This document shows positions 8,348 to 16,556 of a DNA stretch of 46,837 nt, piece after piece. The notes below the pieces were generated by a model. The model was not told the origin of the DNA, did not search any database, and saw only the letters and a program-made list of their open reading frames with translations. Every line of letters starts with the position of its first letter. Within the stretch, counting starts at the first letter, position 1. Source of the DNA: a phage; sequence record PZ502447.1. One strand, written 5' to 3'. The position numbers and the translations under genes were made by a program.

Positions 8348-9913
8348 GATGCCAGCGAGGCGCATCATCCTCGATTTAGGGTCTTCTGCAATGTTCAGTA
8401 CCAGGTTGACAGCCATTGTCAAACAGTCTATCTGGTCATCGTGAACATGTGAATCATCTGCCGTGAATGCCGCAATCTCCGTTAGCAAGCCATTAAGCCA
8501 AGTAGCAGACTCCGGAAGGATTACGTTACCAGCTTTAATCTGCGGCAATGCACTCATTACGCGAGTCAGCTTATCGTTATCCGGAACGTACGGCTCGATA
8601 GGCGTTCGCATAACCCTTCCGGCTGATTGAATCAGGCCAATACCAGAGGCTTTCTTCTCGATGATGATTTTACGAAGGATGCCATCTATCTGATTGGATG
8701 CCCTAGCCATCTTCTCGAAATCCAATAACTCAGCCTCTAGCTCAGGCGCTTCCCATTTACCACGGCGCTGGTCCAACAGGTAAATTTTACCATCCTTATA
8801 GCCCCAGAGTTGCAATACGCTAAAGTCACTGTATGACTTTGTTGTCATTGCGGTATCAAGTGTCATGAATCTGTAGTCGTATTTAGCTGGCGGTCGCAGG
8901 GTGTCACTAATGCGCTGGAACCAGTCTACGTTAATCAGGTTGCCGCCTAGGGCTATTGGCTGTTGAAGGTATTGACTAAGAAACGTGTATGGGTCGGCGT
9001 CCTTCATTGCCATCAAGTCGTGAACTGATTCCTTTGCTGGGAAGTAGCTGTAATACTTCACGCCGTCACGCTCAATGTATTCGCTTGATAGAACGTCATC
9101 AATGAATTGCTGCTTAATCCAGTCAGGAAGAGTGTCGACATAATCCTCAGTAACGAGTGCTGGAACCTTAACTACGTCAAACTTAATCCCCATACCGCCG
9201 GATTCCATAAAATTGCTGGTATCAAGAACGTGCAACCTCTGCTGAACGGCGATAATTGGTGTTTCATGCCCCTTAACGGAACTTGCTCTACGTGAGCGAA
9301 TCGTGTTCTTTAGAAGCATATTAACAGCCTCCCTCCTTACATTACTAAGCGCATCATCTGGCTTCAGCGGGTCATCAAGCATTATGCATCCACTGTAATC
9401 ATCGGTCATGTAACCACCACGTGAACCAGTCACCTGGCCAGCCATTGCCTTAGATATCGATTCAAACCTCACCTTTCCATCTTCATCTAGAACCTGAATT
9501 TCGTCATCCCTACATGTGCCAAACTTGCAAGGCCATAACTCCTGAAACTCCTTTGACTTAATGAGGTCGCGTACTCTCTTTGAGTTTCGCTTAACCAATG
9601 AGTCAGAGAACGACAAACTAAGGTTTCTAACCTTCTTAATCTTGATCATGCTATATACAGGGAAATGTATGCTAAAGAGTTCGGTTTTGGCTGATCCAGG
9701 AGCTACGTTTATGATGGTATCCTTTCTCTTACCCTCAAGAATCTCATCTATGACACGACAAAGGTATTTAGCATGCCAATTCATTTTGAATCTCTCGCCT
9801 TGCGTTATCTGAAAGAAGCACCGCAAGAACCCTTCGAAACTATGCTCAGCGATTGCCTTTATAGCCATCTTTTCAGCGTGAGTTAGTTCATCCCAGACTA
9901 TTAATTCACTCAT
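8342..9913 (-). CDS. terL: terminase large subunit
   Basis: 523 aa; Walker A-like VAPGSAKT near the N-terminus; ATG start 2 nt after the upstream HNH stop; followed by the portal block. Confidence 0.85.
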   Translation of the reverse strand: MSELIVWDELTHAEKMAIKAIAEHSFEGFLRCFFQITQGERFKMNWHAKYLCRVIDEILEGKRKDTIINVAPGSAKTELFSIHFPVYSMIKIKKVRNLSLSFSDSLVKRNSKRVRDLIKSKEFQELWPCKFGTCRDDEIQVLDEDGKVRFESISKAMAGQVTGSRGGYMTDDYSGCIMLDDPLKPDDALSNVRREAVNMLLKNTIRSRRASSVKGHETPIIAVQQRLHVLDTSNFMESGGMGIKFDVVKVPALVTEDYVDTLPDWIKQQFIDDVLSSEYIERDGVKYYSYFPAKESVHDLMAMKDADPYTFLSQYLQQPIALGGNLINVDWFQRISDTLRPPAKYDYRFMTLDTAMTTKSYSDFSVLQLWGYKDGKIYLLDQRRGKWEAPELEAELLDFEKMARASNQIDGILRKIIIEKKASGIGLIQSAGRVMRTPIEPYVPDNDKLTRVMSALPQIKAGNVILPESATWLNGLLTEIAAFTADDSHVHDDQIDCLTMAVNLVLNIAEDPKSRMMRLAGIK

Positions 9914-9915
9914 TG

Positions 9916-10422
9916 TTACGCTCTCGTATTTGGGTAGCCTTTATTTTCAGAGCCATGATTTTCATGATATCCGTTCAATTTGTCATACTGTGACCTTGCC
10001 AATGCAGCCTCCTCTATAGTGTCCTTGTAGCATATGAAGACTGTTTTACCAAACTCCATAGCCTGAACAAGCCATCTATTCTCTCTTTTGCACCAGCTTA
10101 CACCGTTTATTCCGCTTTTATTTCTTGATGATAGTGATCTGTTATTTGAGTTCTCTTTATTGCTTACTAACCTTAGGTTCTCTATTCTATTGTCACTTCT
10201 ATTTTGGTTTATGTGATCTATGTACATGCCTTTAGGGATTGATCCATTGTGCATCTCCCACACCACCCTGTGACACCTGTATGCTTTTTGTCTATACTTT
10301 AGTATCACATAGCCAAATTTATCAACTCTTCCAGCCACCTCTCCAACCTTTGATACATTTGCTACTTTTACCTTTCTTATTAAAAGCCCGTCTCTATATT
10401 CAAAAATATCATGCCAATTCAT
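9916..10422 (-). CDS. HNH homing endonuclease (AP2-HNH type)
   Basis: 168 aa; HNH core IDHINQNRSDNRIENLR; N-terminus MNWHDIFEYRDG shared with the HNH at 28006; strongly AT-rich; inserted between the terminase subunit genes. Confidence 0.85.
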   Translation of the reverse strand: MNWHDIFEYRDGLLIRKVKVANVSKVGEVAGRVDKFGYVILKYRQKAYRCHRVVWEMHNGSIPKGMYIDHINQNRSDNRIENLRLVSNKENSNNRSLSSRNKSGINGVSWCKRENRWLVQAMEFGKTVFICYKDTIEEAALARSQYDKLNGYHENHGSENKGYPNTRA

Positions 10423-10618
10423 ATCGTCACCTCGTTAAGTTAGTGCCAATTATCTCATTGATTGGGCCGATTCCTTTAACAAAAAGTGCTAAATTAGCCA
10501 TAATTTCACCAATCCAACCATCACGCCAATTAAGAATCCAGTTGTGAAGCACATTGACGCTATCATGTAATATCCCAATAAAGCCTTAATAACTTTTATC
10601 ATACCGACCCCTATGTTC

Positions 10619-11143
10619 TTACAGCTTACCAATCACAGACTCAAGCGCTTCCTTCATCGTATCTACGTCGTTAGCTGAAGAGTTGTTGCTGATAGTAATC
10701 TCCTGCGGCTTGTCGATTCCAAGCTCTTTGGAAATCATGCCCGGGTTAACGATGCCAGATGCAGCCAACTGATATTTCTGCTCACGAATCACTGAATCAA
10801 TGAACGCAATCACCTCATCATAACCAGCAGACTTTCGCCATTTCTCGATGGCGCCATGGGTAACACCGCAGTAAAGGCAGAAACCTGTTAGCGTGAAGAC
10901 TCGCGGCTTATGCACCAGGCTCTCGGTCACTACACCCTGGAAGCTAGCCGTCTCAATTGCCTTGATCGCCTGACTCTCTGCCCATGAGAAGTATTTCACA
11001 GCCAGGTCAAATAGCTGCTCTGGTGTCATGATTCGGTTTTTGGCTAGCGTTGTAATGTCTGAGTACTTTTTATTGTACATGGCTTTAAAGTTGCCAGAGC
11101 GGACCTTTTCTTGCGCCTGACTGGTGAAGTTTTCGTCTTTCAT
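10619..11143 (-). CDS. terS: terminase small subunit
   Basis: 174 aa, ATG with GGAGG SD; helix-turn-helix-like segment FTLTGFCLYCGVTHGAIEKW resembling small-terminase DNA-binding domains; located upstream of the terminase large subunit. Confidence 0.6.
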   Translation of the reverse strand: MKDENFTSQAQEKVRSGNFKAMYNKKYSDITTLAKNRIMTPEQLFDLAVKYFSWAESQAIKAIETASFQGVVTESLVHKPRVFTLTGFCLYCGVTHGAIEKWRKSAGYDEVIAFIDSVIREQKYQLAASGIVNPGMISKELGIDKPQEITISNNSSANDVDTMKEALESVIGKL

Positions 11144-11190
11144 TTTGTTACCTCCTTTGTTTAGAGATGCATTATATCATATAGCAAACG

Positions 11191-11214
11191 AAAAAAAGCC
11201 CTCAAGAAGAGGGC
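11191..11214 (-). terminator. intrinsic terminator separating early small-gene block from packaging genes
   Basis: Minus-strand hairpin GCCCUC-loop-GAGGGC followed by a U7 run (plus-strand A-run 11191-11197). Confidence 0.55.
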
Positions 11215-11267
11215 GAAGTATCGAACAACAACGAGAGATATGAAACAAACAGAGAGTAGAACTTCTT

Positions 11268-11456
11268 TTACTTTCGCTCACGAACGTAAGCTACTAGGAA
11301 TTTGTGGTAATCCGGGTCGGCACCAGACATTACCTTAACTTTCGCTACTGCTTCCTCTGAGGACTTAGCAGTAACCGACGCGATAAATTCTTGAGTGCAA
11401 CTTTTGCAACTACGACCCATTAATCGGATTGAAAGCTTAACATCCCAGAGCTGCAT
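11268..11456 (-). CDS. hypothetical protein
   Basis: 62 aa ORF overlapping the stop of the upstream gene; Cys-containing. Confidence 0.4.
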   Translation of the reverse strand: MQLWDVKLSIRLMGRSCKSCTQEFIASVTAKSSEEAVAKVKVMSGADPDYHKFLVAYVRERK

Positions 11457-11649
11457 TTTTTATCTTCCCGCTCTGATTGCTATAGTTTTGAGTTTCTCTT
11501 TCAAGCTCGAGATAACCTTTAATATCCGCGCTAACTGAAACCCCGCCAATCACACCCTTTAAGCATTTATGTTCACGGTCAAGTGTTGCGTTGAATTTTT
11601 GGGAAGTGCCGCTTTCAATATCTTTTACGATGATTGTTACTTTTTTCAT
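11437..11649 (-). CDS. hypothetical protein
   Basis: 70 aa ORF, ATG with GGGGGA SD, immediately downstream of the tRNA. Confidence 0.5.
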   Translation of the reverse strand: MKKVTIIVKDIESGTSQKFNATLDREHKCLKGVIGGVSVSADIKGYLELERETQNYSNQSGKIKNAALGC

Positions 11650-11680
11650 TTAATCCCCCAGGATTATTGGTTTCTTAATT

Positions 11681-11756
11681 TGGTGTTCCGCACTGGACTC
11701 GAACCAGTAACTAAGACTTAGGAGGTCTTTGCGTTATCCTGTTACGCCAGCAGAAC
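11681..11756 (-). tRNA. tRNA-Arg (anticodon CCU)
   Basis: 76 nt on minus strand folds as a cloverleaf: acceptor GUUCUGC/GCGGAAC (one G-U), U8, D-stem GCGU/ACGC with GG in the D-loop, anticodon stem AAGAC/GUCUU, loop CUCCUAA (U33, CCU, A37), T-arm ACUGG-UUCGAGU-CCAGU, discriminator A, encoded CCA. Confidence 0.8.
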
Positions 11757-11944
11757 AAATCCTTGAGTAGCGATTGCGCTATTGAAGGATTGCTGGTTAC
11801 GCTTCCAGCGTCGAGTTTCTCGACCGATTTCGCCATATACGCTGCTTAGTGAGCTATGGACTTTGTGTTGCGCTCCGTGCGCCGTTGCCACTTGGTGGCC
11901 TCGTCTGTCTACAGTTGTTAATGTACCAGCCAGGGTTAGATGTG

Positions 11945-12145
11945 TCAACTTACTCTTTCGAATTTCCCATAATTCTGGTCATACGGGTAGTCAATGCTCA
12001 CCAATTCGCCATTATCGCTGTAGCAGAATACGTGGCCAGTCTTCGATACCTTTTCGACCTGGTAATCGCATCCATCCATGAAGTCATCCGATGCCGCCTT
12101 TGTGCACTTGATAGCATCGCCTTTCTTAATAATTTTATTCATCAA
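11945..12145 (-). CDS. hypothetical protein
   Basis: 66 aa ORF; start overlaps the upstream stop (ATGA). Confidence 0.45.
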   Translation of the reverse strand: MMNKIIKKGDAIKCTKAASDDFMDGCDYQVEKVSKTGHVFCYSDNGELVSIDYPYDQNYGKFERVS

Positions 12146-12348
12146 AACTCCTCAGTTATAAGCATCTTGCCACAATCTTTGCACTCGTAGAACGCACATG
12201 TTTCACCTATTGATACAATTGGTTTTGTTGACTCGTGGTATGCAGAGCTTATCGCCTTAATGTCAAAATCGTTAATGATTGATGTGAACACGTAAATGTA
12301 ATGATGTTTGTGATTATTGTCGTTATCACTCATAAAGGCTATTCCCAT
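12142..12348 (-). CDS. hypothetical protein
   Basis: 68 aa ORF, Cys-rich C-terminus (CAFYECKDCGK); its first 8 codons and RBS are duplicated at 12454-12485. Confidence 0.45.
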   Translation of the reverse strand: MGIAFMSDNDNNHKHHYIYVFTSIINDFDIKAISSAYHESTKPIVSIGETCAFYECKDCGKMLITEEF

Positions 12349-12357
12349 TCTCTAACC

Positions 12358-12473
12358 TAATTCAATGTAAATATGAAGAAAATCATCCCAATTGCCGTAG
12401 CCATAGCCAATCCGATGGCGATCAGAGTTAGTACTAAATCAATGATAATATCACTCATAAAGGCTATTCCCAT
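12358..12473 (-). CDS. small hydrophobic protein (38 aa, predicted membrane)
   Basis: Hand-translated ORF MGIAFMSDIIIDLVLTLIAIGLAMATAIGMIFFIFTLN, below the ORF-track size cutoff; shares its start module with 12142..12348. Confidence 0.35.
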
Positions 12474-12687
12474 TCTCATCATGACCCACACGCCCTCGAC
12501 GATAGCCCGCTATCCACACAAACTTATCACGTGCGATTATCGTGGATACCGGCCCCCATATCTGAGTGATAAGCGCCGCAACAACCTTATCATCTTTCTT
12601 TTTTGCGCCCAATTTGCCGTATTCGTCATTCAGCTTGTCAGCCTGTCGCTTAACTGCGTTAAAGTATGCGTCGTCTAACCCGAACAT
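12451..12687 (-). CDS. hypothetical protein
   Basis: 78 aa ORF, ATG with GAGAGG SD located in a conserved leader downstream of a promoter module. Confidence 0.5.
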   Translation of the reverse strand: MFGLDDAYFNAVKRQADKLNDEYGKLGAKKKDDKVVAALITQIWGPVSTIIARDKFVWIAGYRRGRVGHDENGNSLYE

Positions 12688-12743
12688 TTTCTAACCTCTC
12701 GCTGTTTGATATATAAATTATATGGCATCCATGCCTTTGGTGT

Positions 12744-12884
12744 TTAGCTATTCGTGCTGTTTATTTTATCTTCACGCTCCTTCCATAGATTCATCAGCTC
12801 GAAGTACATCATGGCAACCTCGCCAGTCTTAGCCTCATCCATCATCCGTTTAGCCCACTGGCTTGGTGTTTCGTAGTTATCCAT
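12744..12884 (-). CDS. hypothetical small protein (46 aa)
   Basis: Hand-translated ORF MDNYETPSQWAKRMMDEAKTGEVAMMYFELMNLWKEREDKINSTNS; start overlaps the upstream stop (TAATG). Confidence 0.35.
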   Translation of the reverse strand: MDNYETPSQWAKRMMDEAKTGEVAMMYFELMNLWKEREDKINSTNS

Positions 12885-13045
12885 TAGTAAACAAGAGCCT
12901 CGTGGTTTGCTATGTAAAGCTCCTCATCGTGCTTGTTTTTAATGAAGTACCCATTGCCATCTTCGCTAGGCTCTGCATAGAATACGTCGCCATGCTTTAA
13001 GCGCGCCATATAATCATCCTCACCAATATATACGATCTTAATCAT
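12884..13045 (-). CDS. hypothetical small protein (about 53 aa)
   Basis: Hand-translated ORF MIKIVYIGEDDYMARLKHGDVFYAEPSEDGNGYF...; coupled to the downstream gene. Confidence 0.35.
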   Translation of the reverse strand: MIKIVYIGEDDYMARLKHGDVFYAEPSEDGNGYFIKNKHDEELYIANHEALVY

Positions 13046-13063
13046 GCAATCACCTCACTTAAA

Positions 13064-13198
13064 TTATAGTTCGTTAGAATCGCTTTTAGCGTCATCTACG
13101 GCTGCTGAAATCATGTAAATAATCATGAAGCCCAATAACCAGAGTAACCATGGCAATGCTTCAACCAGAACTTCATCCATCATTAACCCAGTATTCAT
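13064..13198 (-). CDS. small membrane protein (44 aa)
   Basis: Start moved to ATG MNTGL with GAGGA SD downstream of the HNH stop; hydrophobic segment ALPWLLWLLGFMIIYMISAAV. Confidence 0.45.
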   Translation of the reverse strand: MNTGLMMDEVLVEALPWLLWLLGFMIIYMISAAVDDAKSDSNEL

Positions 13199-13208
13199 TT
13201 CTCTATCC

Positions 13209-13631
13209 TCAGATTTTGTTAATTTGCTCAAACTTCTCAAACCAGAAAACAACTGGATCCTCCACTATGGAGATGAGGCCGAACCGCTCTGCCGTGCGAA
13301 AATTCATGCTGCTCTTACGCCCGCGAGCGACTTGAAGAGACACCTGTTCCCTGAACATTTCAAGGGAATAGCAAGTTTTCATGAGGTTGCATGGAGCACA
13401 TGCAGGGTAAAGGTTTTCCATTCGATCAGCTTGTGGTCGATTAAACTCACCTGTCGCCTTCAGCTTGAAAGTTCCTTTCTCCGCTGCCTTCATGCATACC
13501 TCAGATTTACGTAGCACCGGTTCAACATGGTCAGCATGCCAGCCTTTCTCAGGTAGTTCACACCCACAATAAGCGCAGCGACCACCGAACTTGCCCTTCA
13601 ACTCTTCCCTTTGAGATTTGCTTAATTTCAT
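13209..13631 (-). CDS. HNH endonuclease (classic zinc-finger HNH)
   Basis: 140 aa; CAYCGC...HADHVEP...CAPCN motif arrangement of the HNH fold. Confidence 0.75.
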   Translation of the reverse strand: MKLSKSQREELKGKFGGRCAYCGCELPEKGWHADHVEPVLRKSEVCMKAAEKGTFKLKATGEFNRPQADRMENLYPACAPCNLMKTCYSLEMFREQVSLQVARGRKSSMNFRTAERFGLISIVEDPVVFWFEKFEQINKI

Positions 13632-13641
13632 TTTATAAACC

Positions 13642-13821
13642 TTAAATTTTATTCAATTGATCAAGAATCTCGAAAGCCAGTTCTCGAGCTTGCTCTTCAT
13701 TTAAGTGGATAGTATGAACCTTAGGTTCATCATGCAAACCGAAAGCCTGGGCTATGATAAATGTTGTGTAACCATCGAAGTTGTTAGCCTGGAGCTTGGC
13801 GGCTGATTGTCTAAAACGCAT
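13642..13821 (-). CDS. hypothetical protein
   Basis: ORF-track start is TTG; an ATG 2 codons in has a GAGGAA SD and is used here (59 aa). Confidence 0.45.
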   Translation of the reverse strand: MRFRQSAAKLQANNFDGYTTFIIAQAFGLHDEPKVHTIHLNEEQARELAFEILDQLNKI

Positions 13822-13896
13822 CGTCAATTCCTCATCTCGTTTTGATGGGATAAGTATAACAACCTATCCCAATTCATGTTTATCAATTCGTGCTAT

Positions 13897-14040
13897 TTAT
13901 AATTCTTCAACTACTTCGCATCGATGCACGGCACCACCAAGAACATCCATCTGAGCTTTTGCTTCCTTGTAGGATTCATAAACTCGCACGTGCTTAACGC
14001 TGTTAAACTTACCTGTATAGTACGTGTGAACGTAAATCAT
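13897..14040 (-). CDS. hypothetical small protein (47 aa)
   Basis: Hand-translated ORF MIYVHTYYTGKFNSVKHVRVYESYKEAKAQMDVLGGAVHRCEVVEEL; start overlaps the upstream stop. Confidence 0.35.
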   Translation of the reverse strand: MIYVHTYYTGKFNSVKHVRVYESYKEAKAQMDVLGGAVHRCEVVEEL

Positions 14041-14216
14041 TTCTTCACCATGACATGTCTAAAGCTCTCTTTAATGTCATGCATGTAGTAGCATCTAGTT
14101 TCATCATACTTGCCATCAATACTTTTCAGGATGACGCAATTTCCATCAGTGTATTCAATGATGAATCTGTTCAATGTGTGCTTGCTGTAAATCTCATCTC
14201 CTTTTTTATAAATCAT
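14037..14216 (-). CDS. hypothetical small protein (about 58 aa)
   Basis: Hand-translated ORF MIYKKGDEIYSKHTLNRFIIEYTDGNCVILKSIDGKYDETRCYYMHDIKESFRHVMVKK; ATGA overlaps at both ends. Confidence 0.4.
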   Translation of the reverse strand: MIYKKGDEIYSKHTLNRFIIEYTDGNCVILKSIDGKYDETRCYYMHDIKESFRHVMVKK

Positions 14217-14446
14217 TTCTTTGTCGCCTTATCCCAGTTAGTGAGGTAGCCAGCATTCTGGATGCTTAGAGCTTCGTACTGGCGAGATGACTCGAAGTCT
14301 GATACGTCGAATTGCTGGTTGTTGATTTGTGCTCCAGTCTCTTTTACGACACGCATCTGCTCAAAGGTCAGCGTTGAATGCATTTGCTTCATGATGATTG
14401 ATTTAAGGATTGCTGCATCTTTCTCTGACAGGTTAATTGTAATCAT
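14213..14446 (-). CDS. hypothetical protein
   Basis: 77 aa ORF, ATG overlapping the upstream stop (ATGA). Confidence 0.45.
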   Translation of the reverse strand: MITINLSEKDAAILKSIIMKQMHSTLTFEQMRVVKETGAQINNQQFDVSDFESSRQYEALSIQNAGYLTNWDKATKK

Positions 14447-14673
14447 TTCGTTTGTTCCAGGTAAGTTTTCATCTTGTTCAGTGAGTCTATTGCGTCATCA
14501 AGGTCTGTGATAACATCCTTGTGACCTCGTAAACCCATGCAGAGCAGCTTTTTGATTGCATGCTGACATGCTGGGTCTGTAACGTTGAACGCTGATAGCG
14601 TGCGATACACATCAACAACAGCCCGCTCGCCATTAAGCCCAGTAATCTCTCTTTCATATTTGTTCCTATCCAT
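14443..14673 (-). CDS. hypothetical protein
   Basis: 76 aa ORF downstream of a promoter module at 14731-14751. Confidence 0.45.
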   Translation of the reverse strand: MDRNKYEREITGLNGERAVVDVYRTLSAFNVTDPACQHAIKKLLCMGLRGHKDVITDLDDAIDSLNKMKTYLEQTK

Positions 14674-14749
14674 CCCACCCTCTCTTGCTTTGCTTTAATA
14701 AGGCCACTATATCAAATTGCCTTGCGGAAGGTTTAACAATTTGTGCTAT

Positions 14750-14935
14750 TCAAAACTTAACATCAATTATGACTTCAACCATCTCCTGCCCAAGCCGGTA
14801 GGAGTCGCCCCAAAGAAGTAGTCCCATAAACTCATCCTTACTAAAAGTGTTGGCATTTACAGTTCTAAGATAGCCACGATGGATAACAGTATCGCCAATC
14901 TTAACTTCGCTCTTATGTACCATTTTAGTTTTCAT
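14750..14935 (-). CDS. hypothetical protein
   Basis: 61 aa ORF in the leftward early block. Confidence 0.4.
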   Translation of the reverse strand: MKTKMVHKSEVKIGDTVIHRGYLRTVNANTFSKDEFMGLLLWGDSYRLGQEMVEVIIDVKF

Positions 14936-14990
14936 GCTGTTTCTCCAGTTGTCTTATTGAGGCACCCCGCGAGATGCCTTGTAAGATAAC

Positions 14991-15179
14991 TCAGTAGCAG
15001 GTAGCCAGGAAGTCGGCGATACCTTTTGAGGTTGCTTCCGGCATACTACGTACTGCAACATCGTAACCAGCCTCAACCTTTGCAATCGCTGACTCTTCGT
15101 TGTATCCGAACATTGTCAGGATGGTGATTACGTTTTCTTTATTCAGGACTTTAAGTTCTTTAGTGATGCGCTTAGCCAT
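14991..15179 (-). CDS. hypothetical protein
   Basis: 62 aa ORF downstream of a promoter module at 15247-15265. Confidence 0.45.
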   Translation of the reverse strand: MAKRITKELKVLNKENVITILTMFGYNEESAIAKVEAGYDVAVRSMPEATSKGIADFLATCY

Positions 15180-15362
15180 TTTCGTTTTCCTTTGTGCCTC
15201 TCGTTTCGATGAGGTAATTATGCCATCCTTGGCGTCATATCGTTAGGCAAAAAGTGCTATTTCCCACTCAGTAGTAATTTAGCTTTCCGATATAAATCCA
15301 TAGCCACCTCAACCTCATCCTCACTGTACCGCGGATGGTATGGTAGTCTACTACCATACCCA

Positions 15363-15884
15363 CTATTTAGTCTCCTTAATCATTTCTTGGTATGCGTTAA
15401 TCATTGATACTGCACCATTAAGTTCATCACCTTCAAGACCAGCGACGCTTGGTGATAGTTTTAACAATCGAGCCTTGAACCTTTCAATGGTAGCCGCCTC
15501 CTTCTCTTGCTCTGCTTTGCTTCTTGAGCCGGATTTTACAGCGCCAGGAACCAGGCTAAGTGATGCGCAGTATGTCTCACTCTCGCCCTCAAAGTCGGTA
15601 AAACTAAGTGAGAACCTTGAGCGCACGTCAGCCGCCTTAATCTCAGGCATTCGGCTTACGGTGTTTGAAACGTATGACGCTTTTAGTTTTGGCATGTGGT
15701 ATTCACCACCAGGTAGAACCTCCTCACCACTTAGCGATACGAACGTCTCACGACTCATGCCGAAGTATTGACGAGCAATCATGGTCACAGGGACTGTGCA
15801 CACTTTGTCTTCTGACTTGAGCGCCTGACTCGCCATGTATCGAATGATTTCACCCAAACTTACTGCTTCTTTATGTTCTGACAT
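15363..15884 (-). CDS. hypothetical protein (first leftward early gene)
   Basis: 173 aa ORF, ATG with AGGAG SD, first gene transcribed leftward from the large control region. Confidence 0.55.
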   Translation of the reverse strand: MSEHKEAVSLGEIIRYMASQALKSEDKVCTVPVTMIARQYFGMSRETFVSLSGEEVLPGGEYHMPKLKASYVSNTVSRMPEIKAADVRSRFSLSFTDFEGESETYCASLSLVPGAVKSGSRSKAEQEKEAATIERFKARLLKLSPSVAGLEGDELNGAVSMINAYQEMIKETK

Positions 15885-15974
15885 ATTCGTTACTCCTGAT
15901 TGGTTGCTCTTCGTTAAGATGAAACCATGGTATCATGAATATACGCGTTATCAAGTGTTATGTTGTGTTTATAT

Positions 15975-16030
15975 CTGCATTGGTTACGCTTTTTGACCTC
16001 TCAGCCCAGCTATAGCTGGTGTAATTACCC
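15975..16030. repeat. duplicated control-region block 1 (copy A) with perfect palindrome CCAGCTATAGCTGG
   Basis: ATTGGTTACGCTTTTTGAC...GCCCAGCTATAGCTGG; near-identical block at 35223-35280. The 14 bp perfect palindrome is at 16006-16019. Confidence 0.6.
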
Positions 16031-16145
16031 TGTGTAAGATTTTACGCGGATTCGCCGGGGGTATGCATATGTATCTATATAGATAAAATTAGTAGTTTTC
16101 ATAGAAAAACTATCGACCCATCCATACGACCAATCTACACCATAT

Positions 16146-16212
16146 ACATACATATATATAATAATAATAATAATATAGTAAAAGGTTGATATATATAGAT
16201 ATTATTATGTAA
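16146..16212. repeat. duplicated control-region block 2 (copy A) with (TAA)n microsatellite
   Basis: ATATATATAATAATAATAATA...AGTAAAAGGTTGATATATATAGATATT..ATGTAAC; near-identical block at 35404-35468, at the same roughly 120 bp spacing from block 1. Confidence 0.6.
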
Positions 16213-16483
16213 CCATTGCGTAATCTCGCGTGGTAGGCGTGTATGATTCTTCGGAAGCGCACCTCATATACACACCATAACTTCGATAACGTGTATATCC
16301 AAATTGGCTCAGCAAGAATCAAAATCAACTTGTATGGTAGTTCATCCACCATTCATTCACCCCACATCAATCATTGCAAATTCTGCAACAATCAAAAACA
16401 TCATTGCATTCCATGCAATATTGCTATATGTGCAATAATCATGATAATCATTGCAATAGCTGCAACAATAGATAAATCCAACG

Positions 16484-16556
16484 AATAGCACTTTTTGCTA
16501 ATGACAAAAACTGGCGACGAGGCCATAATGAATCCATCAACAACGAGGAGAGAGAT
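16484..16556 (+). promoter_or_regulatory. conserved promoter module for rightward early operon
   Basis: AATAGCACTTTTTGCTAATGAC, then CATAAT, then leader CCATCAACAACGAGGAGAGAG, then ATG at 16557. Confidence 0.55.

Noticed and set aside
11742-11948. ORF 11742..11948 (-), 68 aa
   Set aside because: Starts at TTG, overlaps the tRNA-Arg gene, and has an Arg-rich, non-protein-like composition; treated as non-coding flank of the tRNA.
12373-12678. ORF 12373..12678 (+), 101 aa
   Set aside because: Antisense to two better-supported minus-strand genes in a block where every other gene is on the minus strand; hydrophobicity is a mirror artefact.
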